DNA of 63,896 nucleotides, counting the filler, from Choristocarpus tenellus KU-1152 (lineage: Eukaryota; Protista; Phaeophyceae), in the NCBI GenBank assembly GCA_964200185.2. It is 12 parts of 12 records of this genome, joined end to end, with 100 filler letters (N's around TTAATTAATTAA, not from the genome) between each part and the next. Parts side by side here need not be neighbours in the genome. Positions count along the whole stretch, not along the records: positions 23,194 to 26,645 come from CAXNAD020019939.1; positions 26,746 to 32,673 come from CAXNAD020009386.1; positions 32,774 to 39,520 come from CAXNAD020007440.1; 9 more parts are not named here. One strand, 5' to 3'. This document shows positions 25,751 through 39,203 of the stretch, piece after piece. A program made the position numbers and the translations under genes. The notes beneath the pieces are model-generated. The model did not search any database. It was given only the letters and a program-made list of their open reading frames with translations, and had not been told where the DNA came from. The number at the start of each line of letters is the position of its first letter. Positions within the stretch are counted from its first letter, which is position 1.

Positions 25751-26759
25751 CGTACAGACTGACAAAGGGAATCAGTCGAGAGTCATACATTCAGGTCTGT
25801 ATTTATCAAAAGATACAATTTAACTCCGATTACTTGGAGTGGACATCTCCCCTGAAAGAAAAGAAAAAAAACGGTATAATGCCACGTGGTACATACATAT
25901 TGTTGTTGACAGTAGGACATAATGTGCACTATCTGCACAAGCTCCAACGAAGTAACAGATGCGCACTGTCTCCTTGTACAAGACAGTCAGTGTTACACTA
26001 CTACCTGGCACGAACACATCTGATCCCAGTATACCACACACCCATGAGCAGCGGAGTGTCACTAGACACACCCCAACCAAAAAACCCGGATCTAATCCCA
26101 TCAAAGATCAAAATGTGGATTTTCCTTTCTCTGGCTATATATATGGTCCATAGAATTAACCAAAATTTCATTCAAGTCGGCGGGGTACAATACAACATAA
26201 AAAAGAAAAATATTGACAGTATAGCTATTGATAGTACACAGCTCTTGACAGTGTGTGCGAGGGATCTCTTGTAACATCCAGGGGGAAACACATAGGCACC
26301 ACACCCCTTCACCAAGGGTCCATTCCCAAGTCAAACAATAAACAGGAAATTTCCGGATTAGTCTGGGACACTGCTGGCCCACATGCTTCCATGAAACATG
26401 CTGATACGGGCCTAGGCCTCTGCAGTAAAGAGCCAAGAATAGACAGGAGCAAAAAGGGTACAAGTCCACACAGCAATACACAGCGCAGTAATAGGTACAT
26501 ATTTGCCACCCTTGAAAAGTTTGAAAACGCCTACATCTTCGAGCAGGTCAAAAAGAGCGTGCCAACTGCCCCCCCCCGCCCCGCCCCCCCCCCTCCCCCC
26601 CCCGTTCCCACATACCACCCTTTCGGAGATCGGGAGAGGAAACGTNNNNNNNNNNNNNNNNNNNNNNNNNNNNNNNNNNNNNNNNNNNNTTAATTAATTA
26701 ANNNNNNNNNNNNNNNNNNNNNNNNNNNNNNNNNNNNNNNNNNNNAACATTGGGATCTA

Positions 26760-27250
26760 CTCAATCGTGGACACTAAGGTTACTCAGTACTCCATGTGCC
26801 AGCCATGGTGGACGGGGATAGGTATAAGAAGCTCATGGTCAAGCATGTCATCCTAGGAATCAAGGCCTGCATACCTAGGCCAGAAGGACACACCATCTTC
26901 AGGACAGGGTAAGACCACACACCAAGAACATTGAGGAGGCAGAGGGGGGAGACACTGTGATGGAGACCCACCCAGCCAACTCACCCGACCTCAACGTCAA
27001 TAAACTGGGGTTCTTTCATTCCATCCAACAATTGAAGGAAAGCATGGGAATGACCAACTCAGAGGAGCTGGTGGAAGCCACGATGGAGGCATTCAATGTA
27101 TACCCCCAGGAGTACTAGAGCGCATCTGTCAGAACCTCTTCACAGTCTACGGTGAAGTGCTGGGTTCCAGGGGTGACATCTTCAAAACTCCCCATTTTAG
27201 CAAGGAAAATCCTGAGAAGACGGGCAAGCTCCCAGTGGATGCGGAAAAAT
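26760..27250 (+). pseudogene. Tc1/mariner DD39D (plant-type mariner) transposase relic, C-terminal half
   Basis: Manual translation across frameshifts: VDGDRYKKLMVKHVILGIKACIP...ETHPANSPDLNVNKLGFFHSIQQLKE...EELVEATMEAFNVYP...RGDIFKTPHFSK...GKLP. This matches the QPPNSPDxNxxDLGFF and YKxPHxxK motifs of DD39D transposases. Confidence 0.75.
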
Positions 27251-28876
27251 AGAGTGCTGGAATGGAGTTTTGGAGGGCTTCTGGGCTGGAATCATAGATA
27301 GGTGTGGGCTGCCCCATTTAGCTTGAGATTTTGGTATGCAACCTTTTTAGTGTCTGCACAATACACCCATAAAATATGAACATGCGAAAAAAATGCCTCT
27401 TCATTGGGGCTGCAAACATTATGTTGCATATGATTCCGAACGGAGAAAGTACACCCTTTCACAACATAGCACTCAACACTATACGATACACACATAACAC
27501 TGTGCATATCTTAGACCTGACCGCCTTTTCGCTTCTGCTAGTTTCATAGGAAAAATAGTTTTATATCTAGGAATGGACTTCATGCCTGTGAACCAGAGCC
27601 GCAGAATAAAGTGTCTGACACTTGGTGGGTATATATTTATGCCAATCTAATAGTACCTTCGTTCAAGTCCTTGAAAATCGAAGTAAAGTGAGAATAATGA
27701 GTACCCGTTGAAGGGGCACAATCAACCACATAAATATCATAAACATCTCTAGGACCACGTAGGTACTCTAAAGATGGTGATGGTGTTCCAACACATGTAT
27801 GGCGTCGATCCGTCTGCTGGATATGCCCTTCTGCATGTGAAGGATGATCGCTAGGAAGGGGACGTGAGGCAGCCATGGTGAAGATGAGTCGCCTGCTGGA
27901 GGAAGGCCACCATATCACAACCCACCACTCCATATATCACCATTTTAAGTATGTTATTGGTGTAGCCTTCAACAGGACAGGGATCAAGGCTGCCATTAAA
28001 TCAGCTTAGGCACTTATTTGGGGCATATTCCACTTCCAGCCAGAGTAAGGAATGCTGGAAGAGATGCGCAGGATGTCGAGGATTGAACAGAAGAGTGTCA
28101 TGCAGAAGGTGCTAACTGGTTGGGAGTCTCACTTAGGGTGGACTGTTTTCTGAATGTGAGATATAACTACAGTAGTGACACATCTCTCAACAAGAATTCC
28201 ACCGAGGGTCTTCCTGGGTTTCAGAGTGTGAGGACATATCCACAGCCAATCCTCTTCTGGACAGAATTGCCGATAGTCCTCCTTTGTTTTAAAGTGCTAC
28301 CAATAGCTTCACGGTCTGTGGCAATCTTGCTTATTTCCACTGTCTTGCCATGAGAGGTATGCAACAATATACATATCAAATGAACGCTTATGTCAAGAGG
28401 AGTTGAAGATTTTTATGCGGGAATGTACTAACTCCAGCGAATGGGAACTTTATCCCGATCAAATAATGGAAAAAGCGCGCGAGAATAACTCCGGTGCAAT
28501 TATGATGGCCACAACCTCCAAAGATACAAAAATGAAGTGGTTGGCGGAATTCCCTGCAAAAACCTGGTCCGGGATAGGTCCCTGTCAATGCACGGTGCGT
28601 GTGGCCATACCGAAAAGCATTTCAAGATTTCCAGACATCTTCTTATCACCTTTTGCAGACTTTCTGTGAACACACACACAGGTGACCCACACAGCAATGA
28701 GGACCACAACGGCGAGAAAAGGAGAGTCGCCAAGGCCACTCTGCCTTCTGGATCTACCCTCGGCACCTTCTCTGTGGAGAGGCGACCAAAAAACAAGTAC
28801 CGTGTAACATTTGGTGCGATGTTAGGCGACGAGAAAGTGCTTGTACTCTGGCGCAGCAGCATGATCAAATTGCACA

Positions 28877-29585
28877 ATGGATCACACGGCCGCAACACTG
28901 ACGCTTAGAGAAGATGCATGGAAAGCATTAACACACAAACATGGTTGCTCTGCAGTCTCTGCCACCTCGGGAAAGGAGGAAGAGAGCGGCGAGTCCATCA
29001 CCAGGTGTGGTACAGTGACAAAGTCTGTGGGAAAGCCTGGTCACGGCGGGCGAAGGGAGAACCAGAGTGACCGCCCGAAGGAAAGGTTGGGGAGGAGAGC
29101 AGTGCGACTGCGTGCCATTGCGCTCAGGAAACGCCTAAGTGAAAACCCAGGAGTAGAATATCTTAGTAGTCAACAGTTGCCGCAGGCCCCAGCTGTTTGG
29201 AAGCTATGTGAGCCAGAGTGGTTTAGGAACGAGAAAGCAGGTGTTAGGGTTGGGCTACATGCAAGGGCTCTGAAGCTCAAAAGAAGGTAACCCATTTCCG
29301 GCGCTCAACGAGGAAATGTGATAGTAAAGGCTCTAACACTGCGAATCCTGTACCTGTGTATGAACGAAGGGAAAGACCGTTAAATGGCGCTCGAGATTGC
29401 AGCAGGATATGAGATGGTCAGGTCGGAAACTGTGAGTAAATTGGAGAGAAACTTCCTAACTAAGGGCCACATCAAGGTCTCGGAGTAAGGGCGCTATGAG
29501 AGGCGTTTCGTTCTGGGCCTTGATGAGGACATCCTTGCCGAGGTCAAAGAGTGGGTGCATGAACACACAAGAAGAAAGGGTGGGG
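28877..29585 (+). pseudogene. Probable N-terminal relic of a large IS630/Tc1-like transposase
   Basis: One frame with in-frame stops: ...RSETVSKLERNFLTKGHIKVSE*GRYERRFVLGLDEDILAEVKEWVHEHTRRKG. This resembles the F...G...S..G.Y...L.DED.....W pattern preceding some DDE domains (recalled pattern). Confidence 0.4.
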
Positions 29586-29902
29586 AGGCTTTTTTCCCAC
29601 CTAAACCCTATGCTTCAAGTAATAGTGTATCTGTTGCCACTCTCGGTGACCTACAAGCCGGGGTTCGATCCCCAATATGAACTCTCTTTCAAAAAAAAAA
29701 GAAAATATGGCGAAAAACAAAAACGAAGCCCGTATTCTGGACGGCATTGTGACGGGCATCACGAATATATATTTTTTAATCCTATGTCTACATCAAAATT
29801 TATGACGGGACAACCCCAGATGCGTAAGCTATTGGTACCACTATAGTGATGGATCACCATGGATCTTCATTTCCAGTTATGAGAAGAATTTCCATTAAAT
29901 AC

Positions 29903-30150
29903 TAAACGAGAGGTACCCAGAGATGCATTTGAAGGATGCTAGCAAACATGTGCAAAATTCGGTGTTTTTGGAAATGAGGAAAGGATATTTTCTGGATTTC
30001 TGTCGAAAAGTCTCAAACAATAAAAATATCAGCCCTCGCACGTCAAACTTAGAACTCCATCCATCGAAATATGGGTGGATTGCAAAAGACTAAGAATTGG
30101 ATTAAAATGCAAAACGGGCAAAACCTGGGTACCTCTCGTTTACATTGGCT
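29903..30150 (+). mobile_element. MITE family C (~250 bp)
   Basis: Perfect 18-bp inverted repeats TAAACGAGAGGTACCCAG (29903-29920) and CTGGGTACCTCTCGTTTA (30124-30141); second copy at about 12546-12846. Confidence 0.7.
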
Positions 30151-31389
30151 CTGAGTTGTTGTCTCTATATCAGATCCTTTTAGTGATGATGCTTTTATTG
30201 AGACCCTCTTGAGTGATTGTTATTCTTTGAGGTCATCATGAATGACTCTCATTGGTTGGGTCATGTTGTGAATGGCTCCACTTCAAGAATAAAAATTGAT
30301 CTGGAGTTGTTTAGAGTCTTTCCCGTTGAGGTTTGTCCGCGTCGGGTAGGCTAGGGTTTGGGTTTTGTGAGTATATTGTAGAGATCAAGTTATTACCAGA
30401 TCGCTTGGTTTCGTTTCAACTAGTTGTTTTGCATTATTCAGGTGATGGGTCAAGTAGAATAGTTACTCGAGCCCACCATAGGAGCACAGAAGATGCTTGA
30501 GGTTGACACAGATGTGGTATCTACTTTCCCTTACGTCTATTCTTCATTATAAAAACACCTGATGGCGTGCAGAGAGATTATCAGTCTCTTTTCATAGCTA
30601 GTACTGGTCCTGGATCACACCTCCTCCTCTCTCATTCCTCCACCACCACCCTCTATTCATTGTCCATGTTATTATTGTTGTGAATCACAGGAGCAGTAGC
30701 AGTGGTGGTAGTATTAATACTAGTACTACCACTACTATCCAAAACATTTGCACAACATCAAATGTCATGACAGAATGGGAGTCAAAAGTAATTGAGAGGT
30801 AGGAAGGCTTGGACCCCTTTGTATTCTATGTATTATTTCTTACCCTGTGCAATACACTTTATTTCATTGCACTATGTGCACAATTAATAGTGTATGCAAA
30901 ATAAATGTTCCTTCTTTCCACACAGAAAGTGACACCACAATTCATCAAAGGCCCTTTCCGGAAAAAAAAAATAGAAAATATTTTTTTTTTGCCATTTCTT
31001 AGGATCTTTACCAAGCAACCTAACCTATCTCTCGATTACTTTGACTCTGGAACAGGTACATATGAGCACAACATGGTACCCTCCACTGGCCTTGAAATGC
31101 CAATAGTAGAGTGTGCACACACACCACACGGCACAAGATTGGCCTCATTTCAACCACCTCCCCACCATAGACAAACTACACCCTGCGACAGAAAATTCCA
31201 GTTTTGTTCGCTTCCACCAAACTAAATGTCCAACAATATTCTGCTGCTAGGAGATCTCACTCTGGGTTTCAATGTGTCACTATGATTTCAAAATATTTTG
31301 TGTTCGAGCACCTTACGACATGTGTATGCACTGATTGCAAACTACGGTTAAAGTCCAGCTGGTACAAGTATTGCTGTTTTCCTCATTGA

Positions 31390-31835
31390 CAATCTGTTAC
31401 AACACGCTCCAGAACTCACCCCCACAGGATGTGAAACTCTAATCCAACGACTTTAAAACAACACTACGGGGGTGTTTCCTCAGATGATGATGACCACGGG
31501 TGGTGTCAGTTGATACTTCGCTCAGTAGATGCTTTGCTTTTCGCTTTATCAAAAGAGTAAGAATCACAAGTACTGAGTTGTGTGGTCAGCAACTCAGCCT
31601 TCTATTAACATCGTCGACCGTTTTTCTACAACAGCCAAAGAGTTAAATAACATCTGCAAACTGTTGTAAAAATACTCCAACCTTAAATCTTTTTTCTCCA
31701 ACTTCAAGGAATTGACGTTTATTCTGTGAGGTGATGTATCCATTTCGAATCTTACGCTGCATCTTCTATCAATTCAAAGTTCCTCTTGTATGAATTCTTA
31801 CGTATGTATATTGTTCGCGCTTGTTTGCACGCTGA
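31390..31835 (+). repeat. Unclassified interspersed repeat, homologous to 42975-43378 (-)
   Basis: gctccagaactcac.cc.caggatgtg.aactctaatccaacga, tttattctgt.aggt and tata.tg.tcgcgcttg are shared with the reverse complement of 42975-43378. Confidence 0.7.
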
Positions 31836-32867
31836 AATAAATGCTCGCGCTATTCGTCTGTAACAGATCTCCAACCGTGTCTTTTGTGGCACTTGACTGC
31901 ATTCATCTCTAAGGGAGGGCACCCCCTTATCCCAGTGCTGCAACAATTTGGTCGTCTTCTTGAGTATACTGATTGCTCTCAACATGATGAGAAGAAGTCT
32001 CTTCTCTCCCCTCACCCACTCCTCCTTCTACATGAGTTTCCTCATCCTCTAACAACGGATCCACAGGGTTTCATTCTTGGCGAGCTGGTCAGAGCTTTGG
32101 TTGTGCTCGATCGCCATCATCTTAATTCAATTACGTTTCAAAAAAAGACCAGTCCCTACCTGTATACAGACCGATCGAATCGATGGATGAGCACACAATA
32201 TGACACTATTATAGCGTAAGTCAGTGTGAGAAAGCAAGGAACCTCTGTTTGCTGACGATCAGAAAATCACCGGAGTATTTCTTCTAAGGAATCACAATCA
32301 CGACAATACTTGCCAGCATGTCGACTCAGGGAAGACCCTTCATGCAAGGGCAAAGGACTGTGCCAATGTGCGCCAACATAATGGGGTACAAATCCTTCTC
32401 TTCAATCTTTCAGGACAAATCTTGTTACAGGGTTAGGATTCCTCAGTGTCTACTGCATAACCTTCTTATGTATCATTCTCTTTTTTGCTGTTGTCGCCAT
32501 CAAAATTGACCGCACACGTGCGATTACGAGAGGACTGATTTTCCAACCCTCTCAAACACACATCCACCCATCTTTATCAATACCACCCAGTTAGACTGCA
32601 GATTGGACCCTTTTGCATTCTAGGCCATCTGTTGAATTATCCCACACTGGACCCGCGGCTTTTGGATGGTGCTNNNNNNNNNNNNNNNNNNNNNNNNNNN
32701 NNNNNNNNNNNNNNNNNTTAATTAATTAANNNNNNNNNNNNNNNNNNNNNNNNNNNNNNNNNNNNNNNNNNNNATAAGAAAGAGGCACGAGGCGCGGGTG
32801 CACATAGAAATGAAACAGAAATGAAATGAAAGAGTTACATGGAAAAAAAAAAAAACGTGAATCTCAG

Positions 32868-35800
32868 GCGGCATACATCGACCCAGAAAAAGCACTTGCA
32901 GCAAAAGAGCGGGGCAATGATCACTTCAGATCTGGATCGTGGGCCAATGCGATCAAGGAGTATGAAGAGGCAAGTGCTTCAATGGGGTTTTTTTCATGGA
33001 ATGGTATATATTATCTAATAATCCTTGCTTTGCTCTTTTTTTGGGGGGGGGGAGGGATTTTTCAGGGTTAGGATTCAGCATTGGTAATGGAAGCAGTGTG
33101 TATGTTTTGTGTTAATGCAGATGGTGTTCAAGTTGGATACTTGAAGGGTTTTTGCTTTACGTAAGGTTTTCCACATTACACTACTATCCTCACTATCCTC
33201 TAGTTCTTGTGCAATCGATTGCCTCGGTTGGCATATTTCTTGATGTATTTCTTGACACATTGTTGACCACATTTAATATGTGTTATTGTGTGTGTGTATG
33301 TGTTTGGTCACTTGTCCAATACAGGCAGTGAAGCGTGACCCTTCTAACGCAGCCTACCGCAACAATCTGGCTGCCTCTCTGGCTAAGATTGGGGACTTCA
33401 ATGCTGCCAAGAGTGCATGCGTGAAGGTGAAGAGAAATGAAATGAAATAACATTGTTAGGGTGAGGGTTTTGATTTAGTTAGCAGTGTGGTAGGACTAAG
33501 GGAAGAAAAAAAATGATGGTAGTTTTGTTTTATTCAGGTTAAGTTAATTTTTATTTGTTTCAGTGGTAATTAAGGTGCATATTGCCTCCTACGACTCCAT
33601 CAAGTACTGATTTTTGAGGCAACAGTGAAAGGGAAATTTCCGGATAAGTTGAAAGAGAGCTGATCTATCATCTTTTTTATTAATCATTGGTACTAGGATG
33701 TTTTTTGGAGTAGAATCGTGTTTTATAGCAGTGTGCTTCATGGTGCAGGGGGGGAGGAGGGGGGNNNNNNNNTTTTTTTTTTTTTTTATAAATTATCGGT
33801 AGTAGTTTGTTTTTGGAGGAATAGATGTGTTGGGGGGGGGGGTGGTTGAGGGGGGGGGGGGGGGGGGGGGGGGGGCTACTTTCTACCCAAGTTACCTGTG
33901 GTGAAGACATCCTCCAAGTGTGATGTATCAAAGAGTTGTGACTGGGCTTGTGCCTGCTGAACTCTGAGCTTGTTTTTTTGTGGTTTGAGCCAGTGTGCAA
34001 TGTATCGTTGTGATTTGTTTTGGTGTTGGGTTAGAGTAGGAGGTGTAGGCCTGGTGTTGTTTTCTTGGATGGGTTCTAGGACTCGAGGTTTGTATTTGGG
34101 GAGTGAAGGAGGATTTCCAAATTTGGAAGGGTTTGGTTCTGCTTCCAAGTAATATCCATGGGCTGATTGTTTTGTTTTATTTGTTTGATGAGTGCTTTTT
34201 TCCTAAGGTCAGGGTACAGTCTAGTGTAGTGCAGTAGTACAGGTCAGATTTAGGGATGATGATATAGGGTGACTGGAGGATGTGGTCCTTGGTCAGTCCC
34301 TTCCCTTGGTTTTGTTATGATGCTGTAGCATCTATGGAAGAGTAGTGTTGATTGACGAGTCAAGGGTGAATACAAAGGCTGTAGTGGGATCCCGAAGGGG
34401 AGATGTGTTGCCTGATTCAGGTTGGGTTCTGTACCTGACCTCCAAAGCACGCTCTGTGTTTTGTGTGTTCAAATTGATTGGGGTTGCTCTGGAATCAGGT
34501 TGTGTAGAATCTTGATGTACTTTGTTGGTATACAAACTGGCTCTATATCAGTGTATTTGATGCATTAGGTGCGACACATGTATACATTTTTTGTTTACAC
34601 TAGGGGACGACTCTGTTGATCCTGTGAAGAATTGCTATTCCTGGAGTTTAGGGAAACCGCTTTGTTGTTAGTACGATTGGGTGTGCAATTATCACTATTT
34701 GTGTCACCGCAACAGGAGGCAGAGATTTTTGTTGTGAATGTTGTGAAAAACCTGAGGTAGTATCATAGTTGCAGCAATAGCATCCTCTTGTATCCTGCAT
34801 TGGTGTTGGAGGCGATACGATGACACAAGATAGATTTTATTTTTATTTTTTAATGGTGGCAACCCAAAGGGTCCAAAGGGTCGCCACGAGTGTGTACTGT
34901 TTACATCTGTTGACATGTTCACCTGGAGAAGAAAGAGTGCAGCAAATCGATGAATTGATGGATGAAGTACTCAACACACAAAGCTTACTTTTTGCCGCAG
35001 GCGCTGGAACTGGACCCCAAGTATGTGAAGGCGTGGGCGAAGAAGGGGGACATTGAGTTCTTCATGAAGGAGTACCACAAGGCCCTGGACAGCTACAAGA
35101 AGGTACTTGGTATTTGTCAGTGTTCCTGTAGAAAATTGGAGTACTGTATGGGGTAAAGAGCAACCCATTTGGAGTGTGGTAGTCTGTTGATTTCTTGTTT
35201 TGGTGAATGGCGCTAAGTGTATCGGGGTAGTTCTTGAAGTACCGGTAGAAGTACTAGAGTTTGGGTTGGTACACTGAGTACTTGGGAGTACTGACTATGA
35301 GGTGTGTTCCCTCCACAGCTATCTCATTGGTTGGGTCTTGAATGTTCTCGTTGACCCGGTGGTCTCAACCACCGGAGGAACAATTTTTTTATTGGGCTTT
35401 CATAAGGTAGTATAAGTCAATACGTGGGTAGTCCGACTTGCCACCAATGGGTACATCTTTTTGGTAGAAGTTCAGGAGGGGCAAAAGGAGATGGTCATGT
35501 TCGTGGCCTGATGATATTTTTTGTTCATTGACAAAGTTGTGAACAAGAATGGTTTGCATTGATGTTTTTTCTAGATGGGGGTGAATCTGTTGTGTATGGT
35601 TTTATAGTCTTTTTTCAGTTTTTTCCAACTTGGGGTCTATTCACACGCTCCCCCAACAGTTTTTAATGGAGCACAGGAGGCGTTTATTGTTCCTAAAAGG
35701 AAATGGGGTGCTCATGAGCATCATTTCAAATATGTAGTTTTGAGAAGTATTGCTGAACAATCTTGCAAACAGGAGGAGATTGAGAAAGTCTGCCTTAATG

Positions 35801-37832
35801 TGTATGATTGGAAGGGTGCCGGTGAATATCTGTAGACAGTTGAGAGTTCATAGATTGACGAAGAGGTGGATATTGTTTGATTTTAATGCTACATGCTGTC
35901 GTTGCAGGGCTCAAAGGCTCGTGGGCAGTTCAGCAGGAAGAGGAAGTCCTTTGAAATATACTGTCAAGTGTTTCTTGGAGATACTACTAAAGTTCTGTTA
36001 GAATGAGGTTAGGATTGTGTCTCATTCTATTGCATACCCACAAGAGAGGTGACCTTGACTGACAACTTTCTGGGTGTGTATTGTATGTTTACAACACAGG
36101 GGCTGGAGGTGGCAGCAGACAACTCCCTGTGCCTGGATGGGCTACGTAAGACCCAGATGAAGATTTCCGAGGTCAGTGAGCAACTCCAGTTCAAGCAAAA
36201 GATTGTGTTGGGACTGCCTTGATTGAGTTATTATTTTTGTTTAATGTTGTGTTTGTTGTGCATGTGTTGTATTGTACACAGTAGCCGGTGTATCGATTCT
36301 GCTACGTCTTGAATAGTGTGTGTAGGATGTGTTGATGAGGGTACACTTGAGTTATTGTTCTACACAATAATAGTGCCTTTACGGTTATTAGGCTTTTCCC
36401 TTTTCTGGCTCTAGCATAACCACTTTTGTGGCGTTGGTCTTGAGTAGTCAGTGGGACTGCAGCGGGGGGCAGTTTGGACAGAAGGGTGGTTTGTTTTGGT
36501 TAGTTTGTGTCTGCATGAACAGAGGCTAAGAGTATCTGGGGGGGGTGGCGACTGTCCATTCGGGGCCCAATTTTTTATGTCGCGACTTTTGGGTGATTTG
36601 GTTGCATGCGTCAGATGGATAGTGTAAGTGTACTTCTATTGGTCAGGGCCCGAATGGATACTCTGGTGCAGGCACATACACACACACACACACACAGATA
36701 CTTCGAGCCCAGATGGAGTGTTGGGAATGGTTTTGTATTGCAGTTGAGGTGGAGGCATTGATGAACAGTCTTGTATTGTACCCAGAAGTGTTTCTTTTTT
36801 GTCTTGTTCACTTCAAAATAGTAATGATCATGTGAACTTCTATGGGAAAAAAAAAAATGGTTATGGGGACCTTACTGAAAGCTCTCGAAGATGCTTGAGT
36901 TGTTTTTGACACCCTCGCGGACTGGGATGCTTGATTCGGTTTTATGTTTGCAGAGTGCTGGGCAGCAAGACTCAGAACGTGCTGCACATGCCATGGCCGA
37001 CCCAGAAGTGCAGAGTATTCTGATGGATCCCGTGGTTCGGCAAGTTCTGAGCGACTTCAAGGACAACCCTCAGCATGCAAATAAGGTATGGTATGATGTG
37101 AACTAATGGATTGATAGTATGCTCAGTGAATTGTATACCATATCCCTCTGGGTTGAAGTTGGGCTAAGGAGTGTTTTGTTGTAACGAACGATACCTTCTT
37201 TTTATATGTAATTGCCATAGCGTTGCTGGTTGTGAAGTGTTAGTGTTTATGACAATGTGTGACCTTCTTGCTGGGATTAACCTGGATTGTGTGTGTCACG
37301 GTTTGTACTTGGTCTGTTGGTCTGAATGTTGCCACTGTTTTGACATCTCCTGTTACAAGTGTCTCTTGTGCATCTACTTCTCTTCCCGTTTTGTTTTTTT
37401 CTAGATGGAGGGGGGTCAGGTGTGAAAACGTTTGACATGCATGAGAGTCTACTGTTTTTGGTCCATAATAGGGCCATCTGTTTTACGGAATTAGAGATGC
37501 ATTCCGGTGGTAAATGGTTCCCAATAGGGGGGGCGTGTGTAGTCAGTTTTACTGTGGGTCAGGTCGTTTTGTGATGTTGATTGGAAGCCATGCATTATGA
37601 GGCAAATGGAGTTTTTGTGAACCAATTCAGCTCTATTTATATTCTCTTGAAATGGAGATGTTTGGTATTCAAAGATGATTCATTGATACATGCTATCGAG
37701 GAATTGTGCCTTCCATTTACAAACCTCTGACCCGACTTTAACCCACTTTTAAACACACAGGCCCTTCAAGACCCTGGTATGCGAGCCAAGATAGAAAAGC
37801 TTGTGGCAGCAGGGGTCATCCAGACTGGCTAA
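32868..37832 (+). CDS. STI1: Hsp70-Hsp90 organizing protein STI1/HOP, 3' half (TPR2B and DP2 domains)
   Basis: Exons 32868-32969 (5' edge uncertain), 33325-33426, 35001-35102, 36100-36171, 36954-37085 and 37761-37832 splice in phase 0 to AAYIDPEKALAAKERGNDHF...AVKRDPSNAAYRNNLAA...ALELDPKYVKAWAKKG...AMADPEVQSILMDPVVRQVLSDFKDNP...KIEKLVAAGVIQTG*, the HOP TPR2B-DP2 sequence. Confidence 0.93.
33900..34970 (-). mobile_element. Possible highly degenerate LINE (RTE-like) RT relic inside an STI1 intron
   Basis: Scattered minus-strand peptides SWRPF, RIQEDAIAATMILPQ...LCLLL, LEVRYRT and STLLFHRCYSIITKPRE occur in RT-motif order, with many stops and frameshifts. Confidence 0.35.
36524..36709 (+). mobile_element. 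MITE family B copy in an STI1 intron
   Basis: GGCTAAGAGTATCTGGGG...CAGATACTTCGAGCC; 4-bp direct repeat CAGA; the poly-C tract is replaced by (CA)n. Confidence 0.8.
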
Positions 37833-39024
37833 TTTATTTATAGGTTCACTGCCCATTGTATCCCCCATAAACCAATTTGACATGTATGGGATGTTTTTCA
37901 TCCAGTTATACCCGACATATTTGTCTTTGTAGGGGCAAGGAATCTTCTTGCTCCTTGTCCAGCCGAGGCTGCACAACACATGGTGCAATAGGCATATGTG
38001 GATTCAACCATGATTGTTAGTCACCAGTTTGATGTTCTTTGCTAGTGAGGGGTCATGAAGAAATTAGTTGGGGGGAAAGTCTGGAGAAGACAATGTGTTG
38101 TTTTGTATGACTTCCTGACTGCAGAAGTATCAATTCATAGCTCCCTTTTGCCTGCTAGGTACACCTGTCAGGCAATGGGTGCATCACCCATGAGTAACCA
38201 GCCCCATCAAAGAGGAAAAAATGCAGAAGGGTGTGCTTTACCTGAAGTGTGTTAGTGCAATGATCTGGTATGGCAAGCAGTGGGATGTGGGGATATTGTC
38301 TTGACAAGTGCAAGGTGGGAAAAGTCACTTTCTTCTGAGAGGTAGTAGTAACACAAGTTGTCATGGAGGGGTGCTTTTTTTTCAGATGAGGTCACAGGTA
38401 TGTCATTCCAGCCTCTGCCAAGACACCTGTGTCAGATACAATAAATAGAAGCCGCACCGGTGAGAAGCAACTCTCCTTCTGAGTGATAACGTGTGAAGCA
38501 CCCATTGTTTGCCATGCGAGTATTTTTAAATGATGCAGTGAGTCCGGGTGACACTGTCTCTGCTGTAGCTGCTGGCGGAATGTATGAGAATGACTTGGAA
38601 TAATTCCTCAAAGGGTAAATATCCCACTACCCGTATTTGCTTCATTGACGACTGATTGTGATTGCTGTGGCTCCACACTGGTGTTACCGATTTTCTGTCC
38701 TTCATAGCAACTTTCTTTATCACATCAACTGTTCCGAGGCATTCGGAAAGGCAAGAACTGGTTGTGTGTTCATGTCTTCATGCTTTCTTCTCTCTTCACT
38801 TGGCTGCTCAGTGTTTGGAAACCTTTTTTTCAAGTCCAGAATCACTTGTTGATGACTATACAAGGATTTCGCAAGTGTGGAGATTTAGAAAGCTTTTGTC
38901 TAGAGGGAGGGTTGTTGCTGGTGCGGAGTACAGGCACATGAGGCTAATGCTGGGATGGTGTTTGTGTATGTATGTGCATTCCTTCATTGTATTTCGAGGA
39001 CCTTGAGGGGAACTTGCTCACTTA

Positions 39025-39203
39025 ACAGCAGATTTCAAAAATTGAGGACGGAGCTTTTCATTGAGGATGGGCTTGACCCAAAATTGACTGGGATAAAGTG
39101 TCGGTATGTTTTTTTTTTTTATGACAATACAAAAGAAACATATCGACACTTTATCCTAGTCAATTTTGGGTCAAGCCCATCCTCAATTTTTGAAATCTGC
39201 TGT
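39025..39203. mobile_element. MITE family D (near-complete foldback, TA-flanked)
   Basis: ACAGCAGATTTCAAAAATTGAGGA...TCCTCAATTTTTGAAATCTGCTGT with TA on both sides; other copies at 56784-56974 and 57977-58042. Confidence 0.75.

Noticed and set aside
25551-26274. Poly-Gly/poly-Pro ORFs (also 2899-3195 and 33680-34000)
   Set aside because: They arise from homopolymer runs and N gaps in low-quality sequence.
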